A DNA stretch of 64,000 bases, taken from the NCBI GenBank assembly GCA_037381915.1, contig JARRQJ010000003.1:71794-135793 (forward strand), written 5' to 3'. Shown piece by piece: positions 43,085 through 51,201 of the stretch. A program made the position numbers and the translations under genes. Position 1 is the stretch's first letter. Each line of letters begins with the position of its first letter. The DNA is from Gammaproteobacteria bacterium. GTDB taxonomy: Bacteria; Pseudomonadota; Gammaproteobacteria; DRLM01. Below the pieces are notes generated by a model. It did not search any database. It was given only the letters and a program-made list of their open reading frames with translations, and was not told the DNA's origin.

Positions 43085-44623
43085 ATGGCAAGCCAGCGAG
43101 TCAGATATTTCAGCTTGATGACCGTATTTCTACTCGGTCTCGTGGCTTGCGGCGGCGGCACGCAGGTAGCCGGTGGCGGTATCGGTGGCACCGGCATCAG
43201 TCAGGGCCCTATCACTGGCTTCGGCAGCATTTTCGTCAACGGTGTCGAATTCAATACCGACAACGCTACCATCATCAAGGACGGCACAGCCATCGGCCCT
43301 GTTTCTACGAGCGAGCTGAAAAATTATTTGAAGGTCGGCATGGTGGTCACCGTTGACGGTAGCATCGCCAACAGCATCAGCGGCACGGCCGCCAGCGTGA
43401 CCTATGCCAAGGAATTGGAGGGACCCATCTCCGCCATCACGCTTCCCAACACTCTCTCCGTACTCGGACAAACGGTGATCGTGGACAATTTGACCAAGAT
43501 TGAGGTTGCGGGCTTAGCCACGCCGTCGATTTCCGATCTCGCGGTCGGCGACGTCGTCGAGGTAAGCGGTTATTCTACCGCCGCCGGTATTCGCGCCACC
43601 TATATCGACGCCAAACCAAGTGGTACAACGAAGGAATACGAATTAAACGGCATGATTGGCGCAATCAACGCAAGCAATCCCACCCTGCTCACCATCGGAA
43701 CCCAAACGGTGGATATCAACGGAGCCAGTTTTAACTTTACGCCGAAGGTCGGTGACTACGTCGAGGTCAAGGGCACAATCAGCGCGGGAGGCATTTTGGC
43801 GGCCACTTCGCTCGAACTCAAATCCCGTGCTTTAAACCTGGCGAATGCAGACAAAGCGGAAGTAGAAGGCTACGTCACGGCTACGACCTCCGCCACTGAG
43901 TTCGTACTAAACGCCCAAGTAGTACAGATCACCGCCCAAACCACGTTCAGCGGTGGCATCGCCTCCGATATTGTACCGGGAGTGATAGTTGAAGTTGAAG
44001 GATCCTTAGTCGACGGCACGCTCATCGCTACAAAGATATCCTTCGAGGATGATCTCGAATTGGAAGGAAATGTTGCAGCTATCAACACCTCCACAAACAC
44101 CTTAACCTTAGCTTCCTACCCCGCCATCAGTATCAGCTTCAGCGCCATTTTGACGGATCTTGAAGGCGTACCCAACTTCACTGCAATTAACCCCGGTGAC
44201 CATATAAAGGTACGGGGGCGTCCGCTGGACGCCTCCAACTGCAGTAGCGGGACATGTGTGTTGGCCACCCAGCTTACTCTGGAAAGCGCCGTCGCGGGAA
44301 GCACCGGCGGATCGAGCGGATCAACATCAACTGGCTCAAGCGGCTCAGGAAGCTCCACTGACAGTTCCGGTGGCTCGACCACATCGACAACGGACACCAC
44401 CACCGTCGAGCTTCAAGGCCCCATTGATAACATCGTACCTGGCCAAAGCTTCACCGTTCTCGGCGTTACGGTAGACGCTACTTCCCTGACCAGCTTTAGT
44501 GGCGATGGCATTACCGACAGCTCCACATTTTTTGACACGGTCAAAAGCGGCGATCTGGTCGATGTCACGGGGACACAAGTGGGCACGATTGTTACTTGGC
44601 AAGCGGTAGAACTAGACAACTGA
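43085..44623 (+). CDS. Modular lipoprotein B1 (512 aa): lipobox LVAC-GGG, Gly-rich linker, tandem beta-rich modules, Ser/Thr/Gly low-complexity tract and a conserved CxxxxC pair
   Basis: ATG 43085 with GAGGAGAA SD 7 nt upstream; N-terminus MASQRVRYFSLMTVFLLGLVAC; shares the module consensus of A-type but is a distinct subfamily; paralog of B2. Confidence 0.8.
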   Translation: MASQRVRYFSLMTVFLLGLVACGGGTQVAGGGIGGTGISQGPITGFGSIFVNGVEFNTDNATIIKDGTAIGPVSTSELKNYLKVGMVVTVDGSIANSISGTAASVTYAKELEGPISAITLPNTLSVLGQTVIVDNLTKIEVAGLATPSISDLAVGDVVEVSGYSTAAGIRATYIDAKPSGTTKEYELNGMIGAINASNPTLLTIGTQTVDINGASFNFTPKVGDYVEVKGTISAGGILAATSLELKSRALNLANADKAEVEGYVTATTSATEFVLNAQVVQITAQTTFSGGIASDIVPGVIVEVEGSLVDGTLIATKISFEDDLELEGNVAAINTSTNTLTLASYPAISISFSAILTDLEGVPNFTAINPGDHIKVRGRPLDASNCSSGTCVLATQLTLESAVAGSTGGSSGSTSTGSSGSGSSTDSSGGSTTSTTDTTTVELQGPIDNIVPGQSFTVLGVTVDATSLTSFSGDGITDSSTFFDTVKSGDLVDVTGTQVGTIVTWQAVELDN

Positions 44624-44942
44624 AAATGGAAAGTCTCCACCACCGCTAGAATTGCCTTTCGGCCTGCCGAATCCACCTTAAGCTTTTCTGGTGGGACCGA
44701 AAGCGTTTCTCTTGAGCGAGCTTCGCTGCTCTATACTCAGCCCTCATTGGCTACGGCGCATTGCGACACCATTGCAGGGCCACCCATACGAGCCCAACGC
44801 CCCCGCCCAAACGCAGAAAATCATCACGGCCGGGTTGTAGCTAGTCTCCGTAACTGTTCCTTTCCCACCAGCCATGCTGCGCTTGGCGCGTCGTCCCGGC
44901 GCAATCTCCTATGCAGTTCAAGCCAGGTGAGCCGCCTAGGAT

Positions 44943-44960
44943 GGGTATTCTGTGATACCC
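44943..44960. promoter_or_regulatory. Palindrome GGGTAT-TCTGTG-ATACCC in the inter-cassette spacer
   Basis: Perfect 6-bp inverted repeat with a 6-nt spacer, about 255 nt upstream of A2; significance unknown. Confidence 0.25.
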
Positions 44961-45097
44961 AACTGATTAGAATAATCACCATTCCCCAAACGATCCTAAC
45001 AGCGTGGATCGGCCTCTTCTCTCACCCACGGGCTGAATTACTCTGGAAATGTGACCCCACCCTCAGTTCCAGTATCTACTGCTTGCACGCCATCATT

Positions 45098-45117
45098 TTT
45101 GGGAATATTTTCCCAAA
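45098..45117. promoter_or_regulatory. 20-bp palindrome TTTGGGA-ATATTT-TCCCAAA about 81 nt upstream of cassette-2 gene A2
   Basis: Same arms and the same distance to the ATG as the element upstream of A1 (40593..40612); flanks are also similar (CATTTTTGGGA...TCCCAAATnC). Confidence 0.5.
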
Positions 45118-45197
45118 TGCAGAGCGCAACTTTTTGACGCCGCCTACCCGGTGGGCCCTGACAGAATTTTAATTATTAACAATAGAGGATTAATGTC

Positions 45198-46616
45198 ATG
45201 AAAAAACAATACATTGCACAATCCGCGATGGCGGCTGCCGTCTCCCTAGCTTTAGCTGCCTGTGGTGGCGGTAGCGCCGGTGGCCTAGCTTCATCCACAA
45301 CAACCCAGGGCGTCATTACCGGGTTCGGCAGCGTCTTTGTCAATGGAGTGGAATACAACACCGACTCCAGCACGGCCATCAATATGGAAGGCGTCGATAG
45401 CCCCGAATCCGCCCTCGAGGTCGGGATGCTTGTGACCTTGCAAGGTAGCGTCAATGCAGACGGCAAGACCGGGACGGCCAAGGCGATCAAATACTCCAAC
45501 CAAATGGAGGGGGTGGTCAATGCAAACAGTATCGCCGCCGATGGTACCGGCACCCTCACCGTGATGGGCGAAACCGTAAATGTCACCGCCGATACGATCT
45601 TCGAGAGTAAGGTCGCGGGGGTCACCGCTCTCAATCTCATCCAGGTAGGCAACATCGTGGAGGTCAGCGGCTACGCCTCAAGCACCGGGATAGTGATTGC
45701 TACGCGTATCGAAGTCAAGGCAGCGTCACAGGCACCAGGCTCCGTCATTGAGCTCAAGGGCATAATCTCCGGCCTCGATGCTACTAACAAGACCTTCATG
45801 TTCGGCAGTGTCACTGTAGATTACAGTGGGGTCACCCCAGCGGACATGCCCAGCGTCGGCTTGGCGAATGGACAATATGTCGAGGTCAAAAGCACCACCG
45901 CATACAACGGTACTGGCAACCTAGTCGCCGCCATCATCGAACTCAGTGATGATGGTGTGAAGGGGCATGACGGCAAGGAAGGCGAAGATCTTGAAGTCAA
46001 GGGCTTGGTCACGTCAAATTTCGCCAATGGTCAGTTCGAGTTGAACGGACGTGTTGTAACGGTTGATTCCAGCACCGAGTATGACAACGGTAGCACCGCA
46101 CAATTGCTGACCGGTGCAAAAGTCCAGATGGAGTCCCATTTTGACGCCAGCGGCAATCTGATCGCGGATCAAGTCGAATTCGAACAGACCTCTGAACTTG
46201 AATTCGCAGGGACCTTAGAGGCGGTCGATACAACAGCCGACACCGTCACGATCATGGGGCAGCAATTCTATGTGGACAACAACACCATCATGCTCGATGA
46301 CCTCAATGCAGTCCGCTTCTTTAAACTGGCCGATTTGTCTGTTGCCAATAGCGATCATCTGGAGATAAATGCCTATACAGATGCAGCTACGGGGCATCTC
46401 GTCGCCACAAGACTTGAACGCACGCAATTCGCTACAGAGGCAACGCTGACAGGGGTAGTGGATACCACTAATACGTTGACAGTATCGGGTGTTCCCGTTG
46501 ACACGTCTACGACGACCGGAGTTATTCCAACTCTGACCACCGGCAGCAAGGTGGAAATCACCGGCACCTATATCAACGGCGTACTGTATGCCAGCCAAAT
46601 AAACCTGGCGATCTGA
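45198..46616 (+). CDS. Modular lipoprotein A2 (472 aa), paralog of A1
   Basis: AGAGGA RBS; MKKQYIAQSAMAAAVSLALAAC-GGGS lipobox; the same ~6 modules in the same order as A1 (for example TLTVMGETVNVTADTIFESKVAGVTALNLIQVGNIVEVSGYASSTG). Confidence 0.8.
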   Translation: MKKQYIAQSAMAAAVSLALAACGGGSAGGLASSTTTQGVITGFGSVFVNGVEYNTDSSTAINMEGVDSPESALEVGMLVTLQGSVNADGKTGTAKAIKYSNQMEGVVNANSIAADGTGTLTVMGETVNVTADTIFESKVAGVTALNLIQVGNIVEVSGYASSTGIVIATRIEVKAASQAPGSVIELKGIISGLDATNKTFMFGSVTVDYSGVTPADMPSVGLANGQYVEVKSTTAYNGTGNLVAAIIELSDDGVKGHDGKEGEDLEVKGLVTSNFANGQFELNGRVVTVDSSTEYDNGSTAQLLTGAKVQMESHFDASGNLIADQVEFEQTSELEFAGTLEAVDTTADTVTIMGQQFYVDNNTIMLDDLNAVRFFKLADLSVANSDHLEINAYTDAATGHLVATRLERTQFATEATLTGVVDTTNTLTVSGVPVDTSTTTGVIPTLTTGSKVEITGTYINGVLYASQINLAI

Positions 46617-47458
46617 TGAGGCTACGCAAGCTTGATTGGTGTAACCGGACCGCGGCAATTGTCCGCCTGCTTCGCCCGCTGATCCGCATCTTGCTGCGTA
46701 ACGGCATCTCCTATAACGCTTTTGCGGATTTGGCGAAATGGGTATACGTAGATGTGGCGAGCAAAGAATTCACCGTGCCGGGGCGCAAGCAATCCGTTTC
46801 ACGTATTTCGGTGATTACCGGCTTGACGCGCAAGGAAGTTGCGCGCGTTAAAAGCATCACCGTCCCTAGCGATACCGATGAAGCTGCGCAATACAACCGT
46901 GCGTCACGTGTAATTGGTGGGTGGCTACGCGATCGCCGCTTTTCCCCGCAAGATGGACTTGCCGCGCCACTCCCATTCGATGGCGTCGGAGGCTTTAACG
47001 AGCTCGTCAGAACCTACAGTGGCGACATGACGGCGCGAGCCATGCTTGATGAGCTACTTCGGGCCGGCGCCGTTTCTCGGGATCAGAACGGTGCCATTCA
47101 TCTCCTAGCCTCCGGTTACATACCTAAGGACAGTGATCCCGCCAAGCTCAATATCCTTGGCAGCGACGTGGCGCTGTTGATCGGTACTATAGACCATAAC
47201 TTGCAGATCTCCGAGGAACCGCCTCGCTTTCAACGCAAAGTCGCCTATGACAACCTTCCCGTGGAGGCGCTCCCCAAACTCAGAAAATTCACCCAAGAGC
47301 GCGCCCAAGCTGTACTCGAAGAAGTCAACCGCTATCTATCCCAACAAGATCGCGACATCAATCCATCCATGCAGGGTTCCGCCCGAAAGAACGCCGGCAT
47401 CGGCATTTATTATTTTGAAGAGGATGTGCCTGAGGAGAACGAAAATGGCAATTCATAG
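46616..47458 (+). CDS. Cassette protein R2 (280 aa), paralog of R1
   Basis: ATG overlaps the A2 stop (TGATG); same HTH-like segment SRISVITGLTRKEVARVK; C-terminal ..EDVPEENENGNS overlaps the B2 start by 14 nt. Confidence 0.75.
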   Translation: MRLRKLDWCNRTAAIVRLLRPLIRILLRNGISYNAFADLAKWVYVDVASKEFTVPGRKQSVSRISVITGLTRKEVARVKSITVPSDTDEAAQYNRASRVIGGWLRDRRFSPQDGLAAPLPFDGVGGFNELVRTYSGDMTARAMLDELLRAGAVSRDQNGAIHLLASGYIPKDSDPAKLNILGSDVALLIGTIDHNLQISEEPPRFQRKVAYDNLPVEALPKLRKFTQERAQAVLEEVNRYLSQQDRDINPSMQGSARKNAGIGIYYFEEDVPEENENGNS

Positions 47459-48827
47459 ATTCATTCACACTACATTAATCTCACTCCTGGTGGCCGGCAT
47501 GGTCGCTTGCGGCGGCACCCAATTGGCCGGTGGCGGCATCGGCGGAACCGGCATCAGCCAAGGCCCCATTACCGGGTTCGGTAGCATCTTCGTTAATGGC
47601 GTCGAATTCAACACTAACAACGCCACCATAATCAAAGACGGCCTTCCGGTTACGCAAAAAGATCTGAAGGTCGGCATGATAGTCACTGTTAGCGGTAACA
47701 TCGCCACCAGCACCAGTGGCACAGCGGCCACCGTAACCTACGCCAAAGAACTACAAGGACCGATTACCGCCATCACTCTCCCCAACACCCTCACCGTACT
47801 AGGTCAAGAAGTAAATGTTGATAACTTTACCAAGATTGAGGTAACGGGTGTATCGTCCGCGGGAATCGCCAATCTTAATCTGCAGGACACGGTAGAGGTC
47901 AGCGGATTTCCCGCAGTGAATGGCGCTATTCGCGCCACTTACATCGAGGTTAAACCACCCAGCGCCGACGTCGAACTCACAGGATTTGTCAGCGCAAGTG
48001 CAAACAAGGTCGTTACCATCGGTACTCAGGCGGTGGATATCAGCGCTATCAACCCATTAGTCACGCCTGTGCTCGGCGAGTACGTGGAAGTGAAGGGTGT
48101 CCTGAGTGGGACGATTTTGCAGGCAAGCTCTTTTGACGCGAAGTCTCGCTCACTGGAATCCACCAACGCCGACAAGGCGGAACTGCAAGGTCTTGTCAAC
48201 AGCGTGAACTCCTCGACCGAGTTTCTGATAAACGGCCAGGCGGTACAAACGAGCTCACAAACGAATTTCAATGGCGGCACTGCCGACGATATTAACGTCG
48301 GACAGTGGCTTGAAGTTGAAGGTAGCCTGGCAAACGGCGTACTCATCGCCGCCACGGTAACTTTCGAAGATGATATAAGCCTGGAAGGTAATGTAGCCGC
48401 CTTAAACGGCAATAGCATAAGCCTAGACGGTTATCCCGGCATCAGCATAGAAGTGAATGACGTATTGACCGATGGCAGTACCAATCCGCATGGCATTGGA
48501 GACCATGTAAAGATTCGGGGCCGCAAACTCAGCTCGAGCTGTGGCACAGCGGTATGTCTGCTCGCAACGGAACTCGAGTCAACGACGATAAGCGGTGCAA
48601 CACCGATGGAACTGCAAGGGCCGCTCGAGGCATTTGATCCCGCGGCTGGAACCATTACCGTCCTTGGAATCACGATAGATACATCGCCTATTCAAAGCTT
48701 CAGCGGTACCGGCATTACGGACGCTACGAGCTTCTTTAATACCGTCAAAATCGGCGACCTGATCGATACCACTGGTAGCCAAGTGGGCGGCGCAATTACC
48801 TGGCAAGCGATAGAATTGAATGACTAA
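47445..48827 (+). CDS. Modular lipoprotein B2 (460 aa), paralog of B1
   Basis: ATG 47445 with GAGGAGAA SD; MAIHRFIHTTLISLLVAGMVAC-GGTQ lipobox; the GGGIGGTGISQGPITGFGSIFVNGVEFNT block is identical to B1; conserved SSCGTAVCLLATEL Cys pair. Confidence 0.8.
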   Translation: MAIHRFIHTTLISLLVAGMVACGGTQLAGGGIGGTGISQGPITGFGSIFVNGVEFNTNNATIIKDGLPVTQKDLKVGMIVTVSGNIATSTSGTAATVTYAKELQGPITAITLPNTLTVLGQEVNVDNFTKIEVTGVSSAGIANLNLQDTVEVSGFPAVNGAIRATYIEVKPPSADVELTGFVSASANKVVTIGTQAVDISAINPLVTPVLGEYVEVKGVLSGTILQASSFDAKSRSLESTNADKAELQGLVNSVNSSTEFLINGQAVQTSSQTNFNGGTADDINVGQWLEVEGSLANGVLIAATVTFEDDISLEGNVAALNGNSISLDGYPGISIEVNDVLTDGSTNPHGIGDHVKIRGRKLSSSCGTAVCLLATELESTTISGATPMELQGPLEAFDPAAGTITVLGITIDTSPIQSFSGTGITDATSFFNTVKIGDLIDTTGSQVGGAITWQAIELND

Positions 48828-48833
48828 AGCGAC

Positions 48834-49784
48834 TCAATTCACGCCATTGCGCGGCGTACCCTGTAGATACGCCTGAATATTCGCCGCGACCTCGTTCACC
48901 AGGCGCTGGCGCGATTCACGACTTGCCCAGGCGACATGCGGGGTAAGGATAAGATTCGGGACGTCGGCACTCAGCAACGGATTGTCGAGTGGCGGCTCCC
49001 GGGTAAGCACGTCGACGCCCGCGCCGCCCAAGTGGTGTGACCGCAACGCCTCCAACAGGGCCGACTCGTCGACGATGCCGCCGCGGGCGGTGTTGATCAG
49101 CACCGCGCCTCGCTTCATCGCCTGTAATTCCTTGGCACCGATCAAGCCGCGCGTCTCGTCCGTCAGCGGACAATGCAGGGTCAGTGCATCGACCGCCGGC
49201 AATAATTCCGCCAGTGCCACCCGCCCCGGCTGCGCCGCCCTGGCGGGACGTTCCGCGATCATCACCCTCATGCCGAAGGCCTCGGCGACTCTCGCGACCG
49301 CCCGGCCCAATTCGCCGTAGCCGACGATGCCCAGAATCCTGCCGTTCAATTCATGGATAGGAAAATCAAGAAAGGAAAAATGCACGCTCTTTTGCCAGCG
49401 CCCGGCCTGGACGGCTCGATGATAATCCGACACATGGCGCATCAAGCCCAATAACAGCGCGAAGACGTGCTCCACCACGGACGGTGTTGCGTAACCGCGC
49501 ACATTACAAACAGTGATACCCCGTCGCCTTGCCGCTTCCACATCGACATTGTTGGTGCCGGTGGCGGCGACACATATTAATTTGAGATGTTCGGCCGCGG
49601 CTAAGGACTTCTCATCCAGTATCACCTTATTGGTGATGAGGATGTCGGCCGTGGCGATGCGCCCGATTACGGCCGCCGGCGATGTGCTATCGAAATACTC
49701 CCACTCGATCCCCTCGCACTCCAACGCCCCCATATTCAAGGCGGATTGCCCCAAAGTACCGGCATCGAGAAATACTCCACGCAT
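48834..49784 (-). CDS. D-isomer-specific 2-hydroxyacid dehydrogenase (glycerate dehydrogenase/hydroxypyruvate reductase-like)
   Basis: 316 aa; NAD-binding G.G..G and catalytic-domain patterns typical of the D-2-hydroxyacid dehydrogenase family. Confidence 0.85.
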   Translation of the reverse strand: MRGVFLDAGTLGQSALNMGALECEGIEWEYFDSTSPAAVIGRIATADILITNKVILDEKSLAAAEHLKLICVAATGTNNVDVEAARRRGITVCNVRGYATPSVVEHVFALLLGLMRHVSDYHRAVQAGRWQKSVHFSFLDFPIHELNGRILGIVGYGELGRAVARVAEAFGMRVMIAERPARAAQPGRVALAELLPAVDALTLHCPLTDETRGLIGAKELQAMKRGAVLINTARGGIVDESALLEALRSHHLGGAGVDVLTREPPLDNPLLSADVPNLILTPHVAWASRESRQRLVNEVAANIQAYLQGTPRNGVN

Positions 49785-49819
49785 AGTAGCCCCCTACAAT
49801 GCTCCAAGAAGCGGCGCCC

Positions 49820-50164
49820 TTACCCCGGCAACAACATCACCGTTGTCTCCGCCGTCTTTTTGCTGATATCGAACTGCAGCTCGCAATACTCGGAGTATTC
49901 GCTGGCGGGGGTCGGATCATCGGTACAACTGCAGCCCGGGATCAGCCCCGCATAGAAGATCCCGGTCTTGGCCCGAATGAAACCGGGCCCTTCGGCAACA
50001 CTGATGATCATCACTTGAAAACCACCCTCGGCGGCATAGCTGCTTTGTGACAAACCCTGCTGCAATGGAAGTGTCAGCACATCTAGGCTCTCAAGCTCTT
50101 CCTTGAGAACGTCTGTGAAACGGGGAGTCGTCCATGCGCTTAACGATTTGACCAGTCTTAACAT
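49820..50164 (-). CDS. Hypothetical protein (~114 aa) immediately downstream of egtD
   Basis: ORF MLRLVKSLSAWTTPRFTDVLKEELESL..PGCSCTDDPTPASEYSEYCELQFD; no recognized family; start ambiguous, since the upstream Met at 50299 would overlap egtD by 52 nt. Confidence 0.4.
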   Translation of the reverse strand: MLRLVKSLSAWTTPRFTDVLKEELESLDVLTLPLQQGLSQSSYAAEGGFQVMIISVAEGPGFIRAKTGIFYAGLIPGCSCTDDPTPASEYSEYCELQFDISKKTAETTVMLLPG

Positions 50165-50247
50165 CGTGGAATCCGGGATTGGGAACCATGATGACAATAT
50201 ACCCCATCCCGGCGGATATGAACCCCAGCCCGGCGTCGCTGCGCCGT

Positions 50248-51201
50248 TCAGGCCGAGCGCAGGAAATGCACGCTGAACAGCGCCTCCGAGTCGGTCCATA
50301 CCCGCAGCGGCCGATAACCGGCACGACGGGCAAGCGCTTGAAACTCCTCGATGCTGTATTTGTAGGAGTTTTCGGTATGAATCGTCTCGCCTTCATCCAG
50401 GCTGAACTCGTGGCCGCCGACAACCACGCTCTGGGCTCGGCGGCTGATCAGATGCATCTCGACCCGCCCTTGCTGGCGATTGTAAAAGGCCTGGTGCCGA
50501 AAACCGTTGAGATCGATATGGGCGTCCAGATCGCGCTGCAGCCGGCCGAGAATATTGAGGTTGAAGGCGGCAGTGACACCGGCCGCGTCGTCGTACGCGG
50601 CTTCGATGCGCTTCACTTCCTTCTTGAGATCGATGCTGAGCAGCAGGGAGCCGCCCTCCCCCAGCAGATTGCGGAGATTGGCCAAAAAGGCCACCGCCGC
50701 ATCGGGTTCAAAGTTGCCCAGTGTCGAGCCGGGAAAGAACGCCACCCGCTTGGCGCCTTCGGGGAAAAAGTCCAGATTCAACGGTTGGCAGTAATCGGCG
50801 CAGACGGGATGGACTTCCAGCCAGTCATAATCCGCGGCGAGGGCCTCGGCGGAGCTGCGCAGCTGCTGGCGCGAGATATCGATGGGCACGTACATGGCGG
50901 GACGCAGGTGTTCGAGCAGCAGCCGTACTTTCACCCCCGCGCCGCTGCCCAGTTCCACCAAACAGGCGTCCTCTTCCACCAGCGCGGCCATTTCTCCGGC
51001 GTGGCGTTCCAGGATGGCGATCTCCGTGCGGGTGAGATAATACTCCGGCAACTCGCAGATGCGTTCGAACAGTTGCGCGCCGCGATGATCGTAGAACAGT
51101 TTGGGCGGTAATGCCTTCGGGGTCGCGGCCAGGCCTGCGAGCACCTCGCTCATCAAGCTTGCAGAACTCGGATGATAATCGTGGAAATAGACGCCGGCCA
51201 T
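50248..51201 (-). CDS. egtD: L-histidine N-alpha-methyltransferase EgtD (ergothioneine biosynthesis)
   Basis: 317 aa; SAM-methyltransferase motif LVELGSGAGVK; EgtD-like sequence (YVPIDIS, FFPGSTLGNF). Confidence 0.8.
   Translation of the reverse strand: MAGVYFHDYHPSSASLMSEVLAGLAATPKALPPKLFYDHRGAQLFERICELPEYYLTRTEIAILERHAGEMAALVEEDACLVELGSGAGVKVRLLLEHLRPAMYVPIDISRQQLRSSAEALAADYDWLEVHPVCADYCQPLNLDFFPEGAKRVAFFPGSTLGNFEPDAAVAFLANLRNLLGEGGSLLLSIDLKKEVKRIEAAYDDAAGVTAAFNLNILGRLQRDLDAHIDLNGFRHQAFYNRQQGRVEMHLISRRAQSVVVGGHEFSLDEGETIHTENSYKYSIEEFQALARRAGYRPLRVWTDSEALFSVHFLRSA

Noticed and set aside
44747-45172. 141-aa ORF in the spacer between cassette 1 and cassette 2
   Set aside because: No RBS; unusual Cys/His/Pro-rich composition; spans the GGGTAT-N6-ATACCC and TTTGGGA-N6-TCCCAAA palindromes that are better explained as the regulatory leader of A2.
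47247-47444. Long 5' extension of B2 from the ORF track (starts MTTFPWRRSPNSEN...)
   Set aside because: This stretch is the C-terminal coding region of R2 in another frame. The true B2 start is the ATG at 47445, with a GAGGAGAA SD and a lipoprotein signal peptide that parallels B1.
50179-51111. 310-aa plus-strand ORF antisense to egtD
   Set aside because: Fully overlapped by egtD, which has a SAM-methyltransferase motif and coupling to egtB; no independent support.
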